64,000 nucleotides of DNA, taken from the NCBI RefSeq assembly GCF_006345805.1, contig NC_043018.1:20150001-20214000 (forward strand), written 5' to 3'. How positions within the stretch are numbered: the stretch's first letter is position 1; every line of letters starts with the position of its first letter. The translations under genes and the position numbers were made by a program. Below the pieces are notes generated by a model. The model was not told the origin of the DNA. It worked only from the letters and a program-made list of their open reading frames with translations, and searched no databases. Origin of the DNA: Octopus sinensis. Lineage: Eukaryota. Below, in pieces: positions 1-10,800 of this stretch.

Positions 1-108
1 TGCGGAAAAAAAAAAAACCCCAGCAATGACAACAACAACAACAACAGCAACAAACAAACAACATTCTTCTCATCAAATTTGACTGGAACTGCTTCTGCCC
101 CCCCCCCT

Positions 109-145
<37 letters not shown>

Positions 146-267
146 ACCGTTTCCTAAACACAAAGGAACACTCATCAATATTTTTGCATATTTACCAACA
201 GCTTCAAGAAAGATCATTTCCATAATACAGCATGGAACTCACCGTCAGTTCTCCCGTGCCACATCTC

Positions 268-800
268 CTCCTCAGCGTCATCGTCATCGTCATCATCGCC
301 ACCACCACCACCACCGCTGCCGCCATCATCATCACCTTCATCATCAGCAGCACTATCATCATCATCATCATCACCACCACTGCCATCATCATCACCCTCA
401 TCATCAGCACCGTCATCATCATCATCACCACCGCTGCCGCCATCATCATCACCCTCATCAGCACTGTCATCATCATCATCATCACCACCACTGCTACCAT
501 CATCATCATCACCTTCATTGTCAGCAGCACTGTCATCATCATCATCATCATCATCACCACCACTGCCATCATCATCGCCCTCATCATCAGCAGCACTGTC
601 ATCATCATCATCATCATCTTTTCCGCCACCACCTCCTCCTCCTCCCCTCCTCTTCCTCCTTTGTATCCTCTTCTTTCTCCTCCTATTTGCCTTCTCTCGT
701 TCTTTTCCTCCTTCACCCCTCTCCTCTTCCCCTCCCATCTCGTTTTTCCTTCCTTTTGTTTTTCTCCTCCCCTCCTTCCTCTTCTTCTTCTTCTTTTTCT
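268..800. repeat. Cryptic CAT/CAC trinucleotide repeat plus CTT/CCT tract
   Basis: Directly visible; produces ORFs in several frames on both strands. Confidence 0.85.
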
Positions 801-1139
801 TCCCTTTGTTTCTTTGCAACAAACCATGACAAACTACAAAGAACTCCAAACAATGTTCTTTGCATCTTAAGAAGTTGCTGTGTACATGCAAACAAACACA
901 CAAAACACACACACACACACACACACTGTACATGCTGCACATACACACACATAGCTCATAAGCAGAACGAGCCACCAAGACAGTATTTATGGCTGTAGTT
1001 TAGCTCACTCCTCCAATCTCTTCACTTATGTGTTTAACGACTTGCTATAACATGCAAGCCACAAAAACACACCCCTGAACACCACCACAACGCATAAATC
1101 TTAAACTTTTGGCCTCTCTATCTATCTCTCTCTCTCTAC

Positions 1140-1171
<32 letters not shown>

Positions 1172-1286
1172 TATGTGTGTGTGTGTGTGTGTCTGTATAC
1201 ATATATACTTATATACACACGCATATATATACATAAACTTACTTGGAAATGGATGTGTGGTGTTCAATTAAATAATAATATAAATA

Positions 1287-1317
<31 letters not shown>

Positions 1318-1426
1318 ATATATAAAGTTAATCCAAACATGAAAACACAAGAGAAAACACCACAACGAGAGGATGTGGAACAAATATAGTGTTATTGGAC
1401 GCTCAGGAAGGAAAGGAAGAAGGAGG

Positions 1427-1461
1427 ATTTAACGTTTCGAGCAGAGCTCTTCATCAGAAAC
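1427..1461 (-). ncRNA. Minimal type-I hammerhead ribozyme motif with intact core
   Basis: Minus strand GTTT-CTGATGA-A-GAGC(TCT)GCTC-GAAAC-GTT^AAAT: all core nucleotides, stem II 4 bp, palindromic ACGT helix III, stem I 3-4 bp. Lies in a ~1325-1530 repeat with a truncated relative at ~57631-57712. Confidence 0.75.
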
Positions 1462-1540
1462 ATAGGAAAAGGAAAGATCCAGAGAAGGGAAAACGGAGGG
1501 GAAAAAATCGCCAATGGTACACATGCGGTCTGTAAATATA

Positions 1541-1734
1541 ATATGTGACAGTTATTTGGTAGCCATGATAAAACTCCAAGTTTCGGATGTCTGGGCGGAA
1601 ACACACGCTGCCATTTCTTCAGTTATCCGGCCATCGCAAGGAAAAAAAAAAACTGAAGAGATGGTGGCGTGGGTTTCCGCCCTGACATCTGAAACTCAGA
1701 GTTTTATCATGGCTACCAAATAATTGTCACATAT
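1541..1734. mobile_element. Inverted-arm unit with a hammerhead-like motif in each arm
   Basis: Arms 1541-1624 / 1651-1734. Consensus GATAA-CTGAAGA-RATG...CATC-Y-GAAAC-TYRGA-GTT^TTATC (1567-1627 minus, 1649-1708 plus). Confidence 0.65.
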
Positions 1735-1829
1735 CATGTTTATAGATATATTCCTCTATTTATGTAATATCGAGGTCTCTTTCATTCTTTTGTTGTCCTA
1801 CCATTTCAACAATATATATATGTATGTAT

Positions 1830-1873
<44 letters not shown>

Positions 1874-2652
1874 GTATTTGCATATACAGGTAGAGGACGT
1901 CACCGACTGTAAACAACACGAAATACGCAAACTGAATCAGAAACCATTTGGTTAGGAAGCAAACTTCTGACCACACAGTCACACTTGTGCCTACTATATA
2001 TATATTATATATATATATAATATATATATCTATTATATATAATACACACATATATATATATATATACACATATATATATATATATATATAATCTATATAT
2101 ATATATATATATATATAATGTATGTATTATATATAAAACTGTTCAATAAATTTTCATGAGTCAGTATATCAGACTGATTATATTATTTGTATAATATTAC
2201 AAATATAGTCTCATAACAGCCAATTCAAGTTACCGAATGGTTTCATGTTGAAGAACCTTCTAACTGAAGAGAGATTATTTAACAGTTTTCAGGTAGAACT
2301 GAATGGAAAACTAAAACTGGGCTTCTTTATTATATTTTATGGTGTGATTCAGAGACACAACTGTTTGATAGTTTTCGATGATGCGAGTGGCATTGGTTTT
2401 CGGATATCAGTTTTCTTGCTACCAGTGCTAATCAGCTTGGTATGTCTATCAGTCTGTTCGGAATGCTTGCTGCTAAAGGTCAGTGAGATAACTCCAGTAA
2501 AGGTTGACCTCTTGGGCCCCAGTATCCAACAATCGAGTCCATTCTCGGTGTTTTCTTTCTTGAAGCTTTTAAATAACAGGTTCTATGTGGTGTATATACA
2601 AATGTATGTATATGTGTGTGTATAATATGTATGTATATATATATATTATTAT

Positions 2653-2685
<33 letters not shown>

Positions 2686-3280
2686 TATATATATATAATA
2701 TTTTATATATATATATATATATATATTACATATGTATTTATAAGTGTGTGTGTATATATATATGTATGCATGTGTATATAAATATTTATTTATGTGTATA
2801 AATACATGCATTTGTGTGTGTGTGTATGTAATGTATGTATGTATATGTATATATTTATATACATGTATTTGTATGTGTGTGTGTGTGTATGTAATGCATG
2901 TATGTATATGTATATATTTATATACATGTATTTGTATGTGTGTGTGTGTATTTTATACACAAACACACAATGATGTATTAGTGTGTATACATACATACAT
3001 AGCGTGTGAGTATGCATATATGTAATGTGTGTTTGTGTGTGTGTGTGCGTGTGTCCTTATTTATTCTCTAATCCAAATAGAATCCTTAATCTGCCACGGT
3101 ACAGATCTCAATCATTCCTTTCTTAACGCTGACCTTTCTGAGATTGTCCTTGATTCAACGATACAAAGTTCCTGTTTCAAAGTGATCTAAATGGATACCT
3201 ACCATCAAAATTCCATGCTAATTTGTTCCAAACATGAGTTTTATAAAGACAAAGTTGGTTTACTAAAGGTTTCTGTACTA

Positions 3281-3880
3281 TCATCATCATCATCATCATC
3301 ATCGTTTAACGTCCGCTTTCCATGCTAGCATGGGTTGGACGATTTTGACTGAGGGCTGGCGAACCAGATGGCTGCACCAGGCTCCAATCTTGATCTGACA
3401 AGAGTTTCTACAGCTGGATGCTCTTCCTAACGACAACCACTCCGAGAGTGTAGTGGGTGCTTTTTACGTGCCACTGGCAACGACCTAGCTCGAATCTTTT
3501 ACACGTGCCACTGGCGCGGGTGCCAGTAAGGCGATGCTGGTAACGATCACACATGAAAGGTGTTTTTTACATGCCACCTGCACGGAGGCCAAACAGCCGC
3601 TCTGGCAATGATCACGCTTGATATGGCAGAGTTTCTACAGCTGGATGCCCTTCCTAACGACAACCACTCCGAGAGTGTAGTGGGTGCTTTTGCATGTCAC
3701 CGGCACATGGGGCCAGTCAGGTAGCACTGGCAACGACCTTGCTCGAATCTTTTTACACATGCCACTGGCGCGGGTACCAGTAAAGCGATGCTGGTAACGA
3801 TCACGCTTCAAAGGTTTTTTTTACGTGCCACCAGCACGGAGGCCAGATAACCGCTCTGGCAACAATCACGCTTGGATGGT
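3281..3880 (-). mobile_element. Short element sharing the 3' end and (GAT)n tail of the RTE LINE (truncated LINE or partner SINE), with an internal ~230-bp duplication
   Basis: Matches 51712-52020. Further copies at ~8165-8320, 25870-26035(+), 41350-41495, 45470-45725, 47730-48000, 51518-51672(+) and 58790-59095. Confidence 0.8.
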
Positions 3881-4156
3881 GAACAAAATTAATTGAATCA
3901 AAGATTGTGTGTTTTAACAGAAATATGGTTGCAATAGGATTAAAGTGATTGAAATGAAAACCTTCCATTGAAATTCCATGTTCGTTTATGTTCCAAACAC
4001 CAGCTTAATAACGACAAAGCTATTTTGCTAAATTCTTAACCATTTTCGAATTAATTGAAATGAATGTATGTATGTCAGCAGGGTGAAAGTGATTTAAATT
4101 AAAACTTTCTATCGAAATTCCATGTCAACTTATGTTCCAAACACAAGTTTTCACAA

Positions 4157-4553
4157 GGTGCAGGAGTGACTGTGTGGTAAGTAGCTTGCTTACCAACCAC
4201 ATGGTTCCGGGTTCAGTCCTACTGTGGGGCACCTTGGGCAAGTGTCTTCTACTATAACCTCGGGCCGACCAAAGCCTTGTAAGTGGATTTGGTAGACGGA
4301 AACTGAAAGAAGCCCGTCGTATATATGTATATATATATGTGTGTGTGTGTCTGTGTTTGTCCCCCTAACATCTCTTGACAACCGATGCTGGTGTGTTTCC
4401 GTCCCCGTAACTTAGCAGTTTGGCAAAAGAGACCGATAGAATAAGTACTAGGCTTACAAAGAATAAGTCCTGGGGGTCGATTTCCTCGACTAAAGGCAGT
4501 GCTCCAACATGGCCGCAGTCAAATGACTGCAACAAGTAAAAGAGTAAAAGAGT
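4157..4553 (+). mobile_element. tRNA-derived SINE family A, full-length copy (most abundant family in the window)
   Basis: A box (tgactgtgtgg), B box (ggttcagtcc), internal (TA)/(TG) tract, (aaaagagt)n tail. Other copies or fragments at ~6240-6528, 11270-11500(-), 13293-13705(-), 26100-26750(-), 27080-27450, 29248-29630, 33085-33885(-), 37330-37850, 39225-39690(-), 57030-57870(-), 59490-59920(-) and 62955-63335. Confidence 0.9.
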
Positions 4554-5066
4554 AATAATGATTAAATATTTTTCTAAATTCTTCTTTGTTATCAAAATTA
4601 ATTAGAACAAAGAAAGGTGTATTTCAGCAAAAAATGTGGCAACAGATGGGTTAAACGATTCAATTCTGTATAAAAAAATTTTTCACAAAACACACAGCTA
4701 TTAAAATCAATCAGTTTCCTGTTATGAAATACATAATATATTGCAGATAGATTCTTGCTTATGACATTCTTTTAAATCTGACAGAATATAGAATAGCATC
4801 AGGTGCTTTCGGTGGCTGGCACAGGTGACTGGTGGGTTCTGTTAGAATTATTTTACACTGCTGGTGTTATACTGCACCAATCAAAGTCAATGGAAGACTT
4901 TTGAGTATTACAAGTTTGGCTTAATGCCTTCATACATACATGTGTGTGTGTGTGTGTATACATATATATATACACACATATATACATAGATGTGTGTCTG
5001 TGCGTGTGTGTGCATGTTTTATATATGTATATGTTTTATATATATACATTCATATATGTATGAATG

Positions 5067-5100
<34 letters not shown>

Positions 5101-5645
5101 TATGCATATGTATACATCTATCTATCTATCTATCTATCTAGGCTTACAAAGATTAAATCCTGGGGTCGATTTGCTTGACTAAAGGTGATGCTCCAGCATG
5201 GCCGCAGTCAAATGACTGAAACAAAAAAAAAGGAATAAAAGAAAAGAAAAAATAAAGTTCATTCATTTTAAAGGCACAACCATGGCAATGTGGTAAGAAG
5301 CTTGCTTCCCAACCACATGGTTTTGGGTTCAGTCCCACAGTGTGGCACCTTGGACATGCATCTTCTGCTATAACCCTGGGTCGGCCAAAGCCTCATGAGT
5401 GGATTTGGTAGAAGGAAATCTAAAGAAGCCCATCGTACATGTGTGTGCGTGCGTGTGTGTGTGTGTCTTTTTCTTGACATCATGTGATAGTCGTAAATGA
5501 GTGTCACTGTTCTACGAGCAGTGTTACTCTTGGGAACAGGTGAGGGTTGGTGACGGGAAGAGCATCCAGCCATAGAAAACCTGCATCGCTAAACTCCATC
5601 CGACTTACGCAAACATGGGGAAAATGGACGTTAAAGCAACGACAG

Positions 5646-5687
<42 letters not shown>

Positions 5688-6533
5688 CAGCGATGATAAA
5701 GATGATCTATTATCGCTTTTGTTGTGCTGTTGTCATTGTTATTGTTCTTTTACTGTCAAAGATGGTAAACTAGAAGAATCTGTTTAATAAAGAACCGCTG
5801 TGAGGCTAAAGATAAGAGATAATTATCAGAAATCAACCTGTATAAGCGATGGCATTTAGATGAGTGGTTCCTGTGCAAAGTACACAGCTTCCTTTGAAAG
5901 ATCAACTCTCCTGATCTATGTCAGTTAAACTTGTCTCTCATTCTCTCTCTCGCTCTCTCTCTTTCTTCTCTTGCCATCGCATGATTAATGCTATAGAAAA
6001 TACTCGTTGCATTTGTGTGTATCGACTGAATGCATCGGGACGACGTCAGTGCCAGGGTTGTTTTCGGGTGTCTTGGGTTTGGTAGTGTGTCTCGCAAATT
6101 GCTTCTGTCGTGTACTGCACCTCCGCGGTGTGTCACACAGAAATAGGACACTGACAATGGAAAGATCTAGCAACACACACACACACACACACATGTTTGC
6201 CTGTCTATCTATATGTGTGTGTGTGTATATATACATACAAGGCCGACCAATGCCTTGTGAGTGGATTTGGTAGACGGAAACTGAAAGAAGCCTGTCGTAT
6301 ATATATATAAGTGTGTGTGTATATGTTTGTGTGTCTGTGTTTGTCCCCCCTAGCATTGCTTGACAACGATGCTGGTGTTTTTTACGTCTCCGTCACTTAG
6401 CGGTTCGGCAAAAGAGACCGATAGAATAAGTACTGGGCTTACAAAGAATAAGTCCCGGGGTCGATTGCTCGACTAAAGGCAGTGCTCCAGCATGGCCGCA
6501 GTCAAATGACTGAAACATGTAAAAGAGTATATA

Positions 6534-6855
6534 TACTTTATAATTAGGGTTCAGCAAAGATTTGCTTTACCACATACCAAAGTTTAGAAATAGCAGCCAA
6601 AACACCTTAGCTATTTCTTCTACTTTAAAAAGGGACTCCCAGAAAAACCAAAATACTTGAAAATAATCCACGCAGGCAGATATTGATTGATTTTCGTTAT
6701 TTTTCCTCTCTGCCTGCGTGGATTGTTCTCAAGTATTTTGGTTTTTCTGGGAGTCCCTTTTTAAAGTAGAAGAAATAGCTAGGGTGTTTTAGCTGCTATT
6801 TCCACACTTCGGTATGTGGTAAAGCAAATCTTTGCTGAACCCTAATTATAAAGTA
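6534..6855. mobile_element. Palindromic MITE, 322 bp, with ~147-bp arms
   Basis: 6534-6680 is the near-perfect reverse complement of 6709-6855, with a 28-nt spacer and TA at both ends. Confidence 0.85.
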
Positions 6856-6951
6856 TTACTTAAGTTTACCGTGAAATGGTCTTTTTTTCATGCCGAATTC
6901 TACTTGGTGAAATTATTGATTACTTCTTAATTAATTAATTTTACCCTTTGT

Positions 6952-6987
<36 letters not shown>

Positions 6988-7322
6988 AGATTTGGGTAAA
7001 AATATCGTAGAATGCTATGCAAAGCTTGTCCAAAGTTATTGGTTACCTAATGTCATCATACATGCTCCTGCTACTAGATACACATTAGGAATTCCATAGT
7101 ATTTAGAGAGTTCATATAAATAGATTGTAGTCATTTTTAAATAAAGAATGTTGCTCATTCTATTTTCTATAATATTCTAAACAAAACTGTCCGATAAACA
7201 GGAAGTTGAAACTCTGAGTGGCAATTTTTGTGATATATTTGCTGCTTTTTAATAAATTATATATATATAAGACAAGGTATAAATAATGGTCATAACATCT
7301 TTTCCCTTTATTAGAGCAACTC

Positions 7323-7435
7323 TGGCTTACAGCTGTTTCCAGTAGTCATTATAGGTACATTATTGATAGGTTTTTTTTTCACTTGATCTATATTGATCAA
7401 CCTGAAAGAAATTAATGTTACTTTCATCAGAGCCA
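7323..7435 (-). ncRNA. Type-I hammerhead motif with extended stem II, inside a ~210-bp unit bounded by 30-bp inverted repeats (7269-7478)
   Basis: Minus strand TGGCT-CTGATGA-AAGTAACATTA...TAATGACTACTG-GAAAC-AGCT-GTA^AGCCA: 5-bp stem I, palindromic helix III ACAGCTGT; mismatch at the stem II closing pair. Confidence 0.65.
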
Positions 7436-7612
7436 TTTCAGAAAAATATGTAATAACCATTATTTATCCCTTGTCTTTATATATGTGTGTGTGTGTAGGT
7501 AGCTAGGGTAAATCCCACATCTGCTTATTCCATTTTTACAATCCAGTATGTAGTCTCAGTTGCTGCTGTATGACAGTCAAAATACATATTAAAATTGAGA
7601 ATTATGGAGACA

Positions 7613-7906
7613 CTAGCAGTATCGCCCGGCGTTGCTCGGGTTTGTAAGGGTAATAACTATATAAGCATTTTTAGAGAGTTACTTCCTTTATATAAACCAA
7701 GCAAAAAATGCATTAAAAATGCGGGAAAATGATGGTAAATTTTTTTTTAAATCATAGACGCACGCTAGTACCCAGAAGGGCTCTATGAATCATGACTATA
7801 AGATACCCGCTTTTGGTTAAACTGCACTGCAAAATGAGGGAGTAGTTAGGAATCTAAATCGGAGGAGACAGACTCTCACACACACAACAAGTTTTAAATA
7901 TAAAGA
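7613..7906 (-). mobile_element. Non-autonomous Helitron
   Basis: On the minus strand it begins TC, ends with hairpin CCCGAGCAACGCCGGG plus CTAG, and sits between A and T. Second copy at 38277-38675. Confidence 0.85.
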
Positions 7907-8436
7907 TTAGTTGGAGAGTTTTTGTATAACAAAATAGGAACTTGGAAATTTATATACATATCTTTATGTACATGCGTGTGTATGTGTGCATATGTACTGA
8001 TATGCCTATGTGTGAGTGTGTGTGTGTGTGTGTCTTTCTCTTTTCTTCCTTTACCAGGGCTATCTGTGCTGCTCCTGATTACTATCTGAATTGTAAATGC
8101 TTCATCCGAACATAAAATTTGTATTATCCTATTTCTCTGTCTGAAGAATTTCAAATGGGAAATTCTTTAGATCTGGCAGTGTTTCTACAGCTGGATGCCC
8201 TTCCTAATGCCAACCACTCCATAAGTGTAGTGGGTGCTTTTTATGTGCCACTGGCACAGGGCCAGGGAAGGCTGGCAACGGCCACGATCGGTTGGTGCTT
8301 TTTACATGCCACCGGCATGGGAAATATATATATAAATATATACATACATACACACACACACACATGAATATATATATGTATGTATATATATGTATATATA
8401 TATACACACACACACAAATATGCACACATATATATG

Positions 8437-8668
8437 TATTTCTTTACTACCCACAAGGGGCCAAACACAGAGAGGACAAACAAGGACAGACAAAGGGATT
8501 AAGTCGATGACATCGACCCCAGTGCATAACTGGTACTTAATTTATCGACCCCGAAAGAATGAAACCAAAGTCGACCTCGGCGGAATTTGAACTCAGAACG
8601 CAGCGGTGGACGAAATACCGCAAAGCATTTCGCCCGGCGTGCTAACATTTCTGCCAGCTCGCCGCCTT
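8437..8668 (-). mobile_element. tRNA-derived SINE family B, full-length copy
   Basis: Head aaggcggcgagctggcagaa, B box gagttcaaattcc, tail ...gtaaagaaata. Other copies or fragments at 9470-9888, 19812-20478, 44516-44738, ~43000-43200, ~62660-62825 and ~63340-63450. Confidence 0.9.
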
Positions 8669-8689
8669 ATATATGCACATATATACATT

Positions 8690-8752
<63 letters not shown>

Positions 8753-9469
8753 TCACACACAAGCATAAATATTCAACGTTGCCGGTAATAAATATTTATT
8801 TGCTGTCCTCTATCTTCTTCACGGCTATCCCAGATTTGTATCATATCTCCACCGTTAAAAGTCAAATATTTGCCCAAAACCACTCATATTTGCACCAACA
8901 GCGCTTGCTTCACCTTAGTCACCTTTTAAAATTCTAAACAGCATGACTTAGAAAAGTCTGCTTTCTACCCTATTCACCAATATTGTGATAAATTCATCTC
9001 TTCTGATTCCAAGTATTTTAACCCTTTTTGATACTAACTCACCAGAATCCGCTCTTGCTTCCATGATAAAAATTCTTCTAGTTTAAAGTGATCTAAAAAC
9101 CTTCCTTCAAAATTTCCTGCTAATTTATGTTCCAAACACCAGCTTGATAATGACAAAGTTAATTTATGGAATTCTTTGTTATTTTCGAAATTAATTGGAA
9201 GAAAGGCAGATTATTTTAAAAGAAATATGGTAACAAAAGGATTAACTCTTTTGATACTGATCTGCCTGAAGCTGGCCCTGGTTCTGTGTTACAGACTTCC
9301 TGTCTTAAAGTGATGTGAATTAAAATTTCCCATCAAAATTTCTCGTTATGTTTCAAGCACTTGTTTCATAATGAAGAGGTTATTTTATTTAATTCCTCTT
9401 CATTGCCAAAATTAATTGAGACAAATGCAGTGTATTTCAAGAGAAATATGGTAAATGGCATTATTTATT

Positions 9470-9888
9470 AAGGCGGCGAGCTGGCTGAAACGTTAGCACG
9501 CCGGGCGAAATGCTTAGCGGTATTTCATCTGCGTTACGTTGTGAGTTCAAATTCCGCCGAGGTCGACTTTGCCTTTCATCCTTTCGAGGTCGATAAATTA
9601 AGTACCAGTAACGCACTGGGGTCGATGTAATCGACTTAATACCTATGTCTGTCCTTGTTTGTCCCCTCTGTGTTTTAGCCCCTTGTGGGTAATAAAGAAA
9701 TAGGTATTTCGTCTGCGTTACGTTGTGAGTTCAAATTCCGCCGAGGCCGACTTTGCCTTTCATCCTTTCGAGGTCAATAAATTTAGTACCAGTAACGCAC
9801 TGGGGTCGATGTAATCGACTTCATACCTATGTCTGTCCTTGTTTGTCCCCTCTGTGTTTAGCCCCTTGTGGGTAATAAAGAAATAGGT
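9470..9888 (+). mobile_element. SINE family B head-to-tail dimer (full copy plus 5'-truncated copy)
   Basis: Second unit starts at the junction aaagaaataggtatttcgtctgcgttacg (~9696-9725). Confidence 0.9.
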
Positions 9889-9889
9889 A

Positions 9890-10800
9890 TTATTTTAGCA
9901 CAAATACATGGATGATTGCAGATGTTATTTTGAAACAGACCAAACCAGGAGCTGAAAATATCATTTAAACATTTGTGGCTTTTCTTGGGTGATTTGAAAG
10001 TTCCAGAAATGTTCTCATCTTCATAGCACATTGATAACAGTGAAATCTATCGCATGTACCAATATCTAGGCTGCACGAGAATTCTGTACTTAATGGAACA
10101 GAAGTAGATATTCACCAAATCTACTTTTTAACGGAGAGGAATCTGGGTTACTTTGAATGTGTTTATTCACTGAGAATTTTATCTCATGGGAGGGAAAATG
10201 CACCAGGATATAAAAACAGTAAAAACAGAAAAAAAAAGAAAAGAAAAGAAAAGAATATCATCTCATGTTGTCTGGAGCAAATGCCATTGGGGACTTGAAA
10301 CTTAAACTTTTACTAGCTTACCATTCTGGTACTCCAAGAACAGTATCTCCAAATATAGCCAGTTTAAAGGAAACGTAAGAGGAAATCTTGGGTTTCATAG
10401 AATTTATTTGTTGAATGTTTCTGCTCTGCTGTCAAATTTTATTGTGAGAAGGATAATTTCAAACCAAAGGCATGTTCTGACTTTAGACAATGTTCCTGGC
10501 CATTCTTCAAATCCCCCTTCACTCCAAACATGTGTATGTGTGTACATGCATACATACTGCTACAGCCTGTGGCTCAAGAGTTATTTCCATTTTCAAGGAA
10601 TCTCTTCTTAGAAGAACTTTCAAATCACATGATTGCAGCAGCAAATGATGGATATCAGTCTGTCAAAGAATTCTGATAAAAATTACATTATGGAAGCAAT
10701 AAAAAAATATTAAGGATATTTTGGAAGAATTTAAACATAAATGTCTTGTTGGGGCTTGGACATAACTGTATTCAAATGGAATTATGAACAACCTCAGTGT
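9890..10800 (+). mobile_element. Decayed Tigger/pogo-family DNA transposase pseudogene
   Basis: Fragments read APGYKNSK, GANAIGDLKLKLLLAYHSGTPR and VLTLDNVPGH, resembling the Tigger DDE_1 domain (APGFKASKDR...GNAAGDFKLKPLLVYHSENPR...LLDNAPGH). Many stops and frameshifts. Confidence 0.8.

Noticed and set aside
204-998. Long ORFs (poly-Asp/Gly 254 aa, poly-Met/Val, poly-Ile/Thr) as genes
   Set aside because: Open frames on both strands arise from CAT/CAC trinucleotide repeats; no domain is recognisable. Only the donor at 242 is kept as a lead.
2509-2526. LLDTGA as a retroviral aspartic protease motif
   Set aside because: Only about 14 residues follow before a stop, and there is no gag/pol or LTR context.
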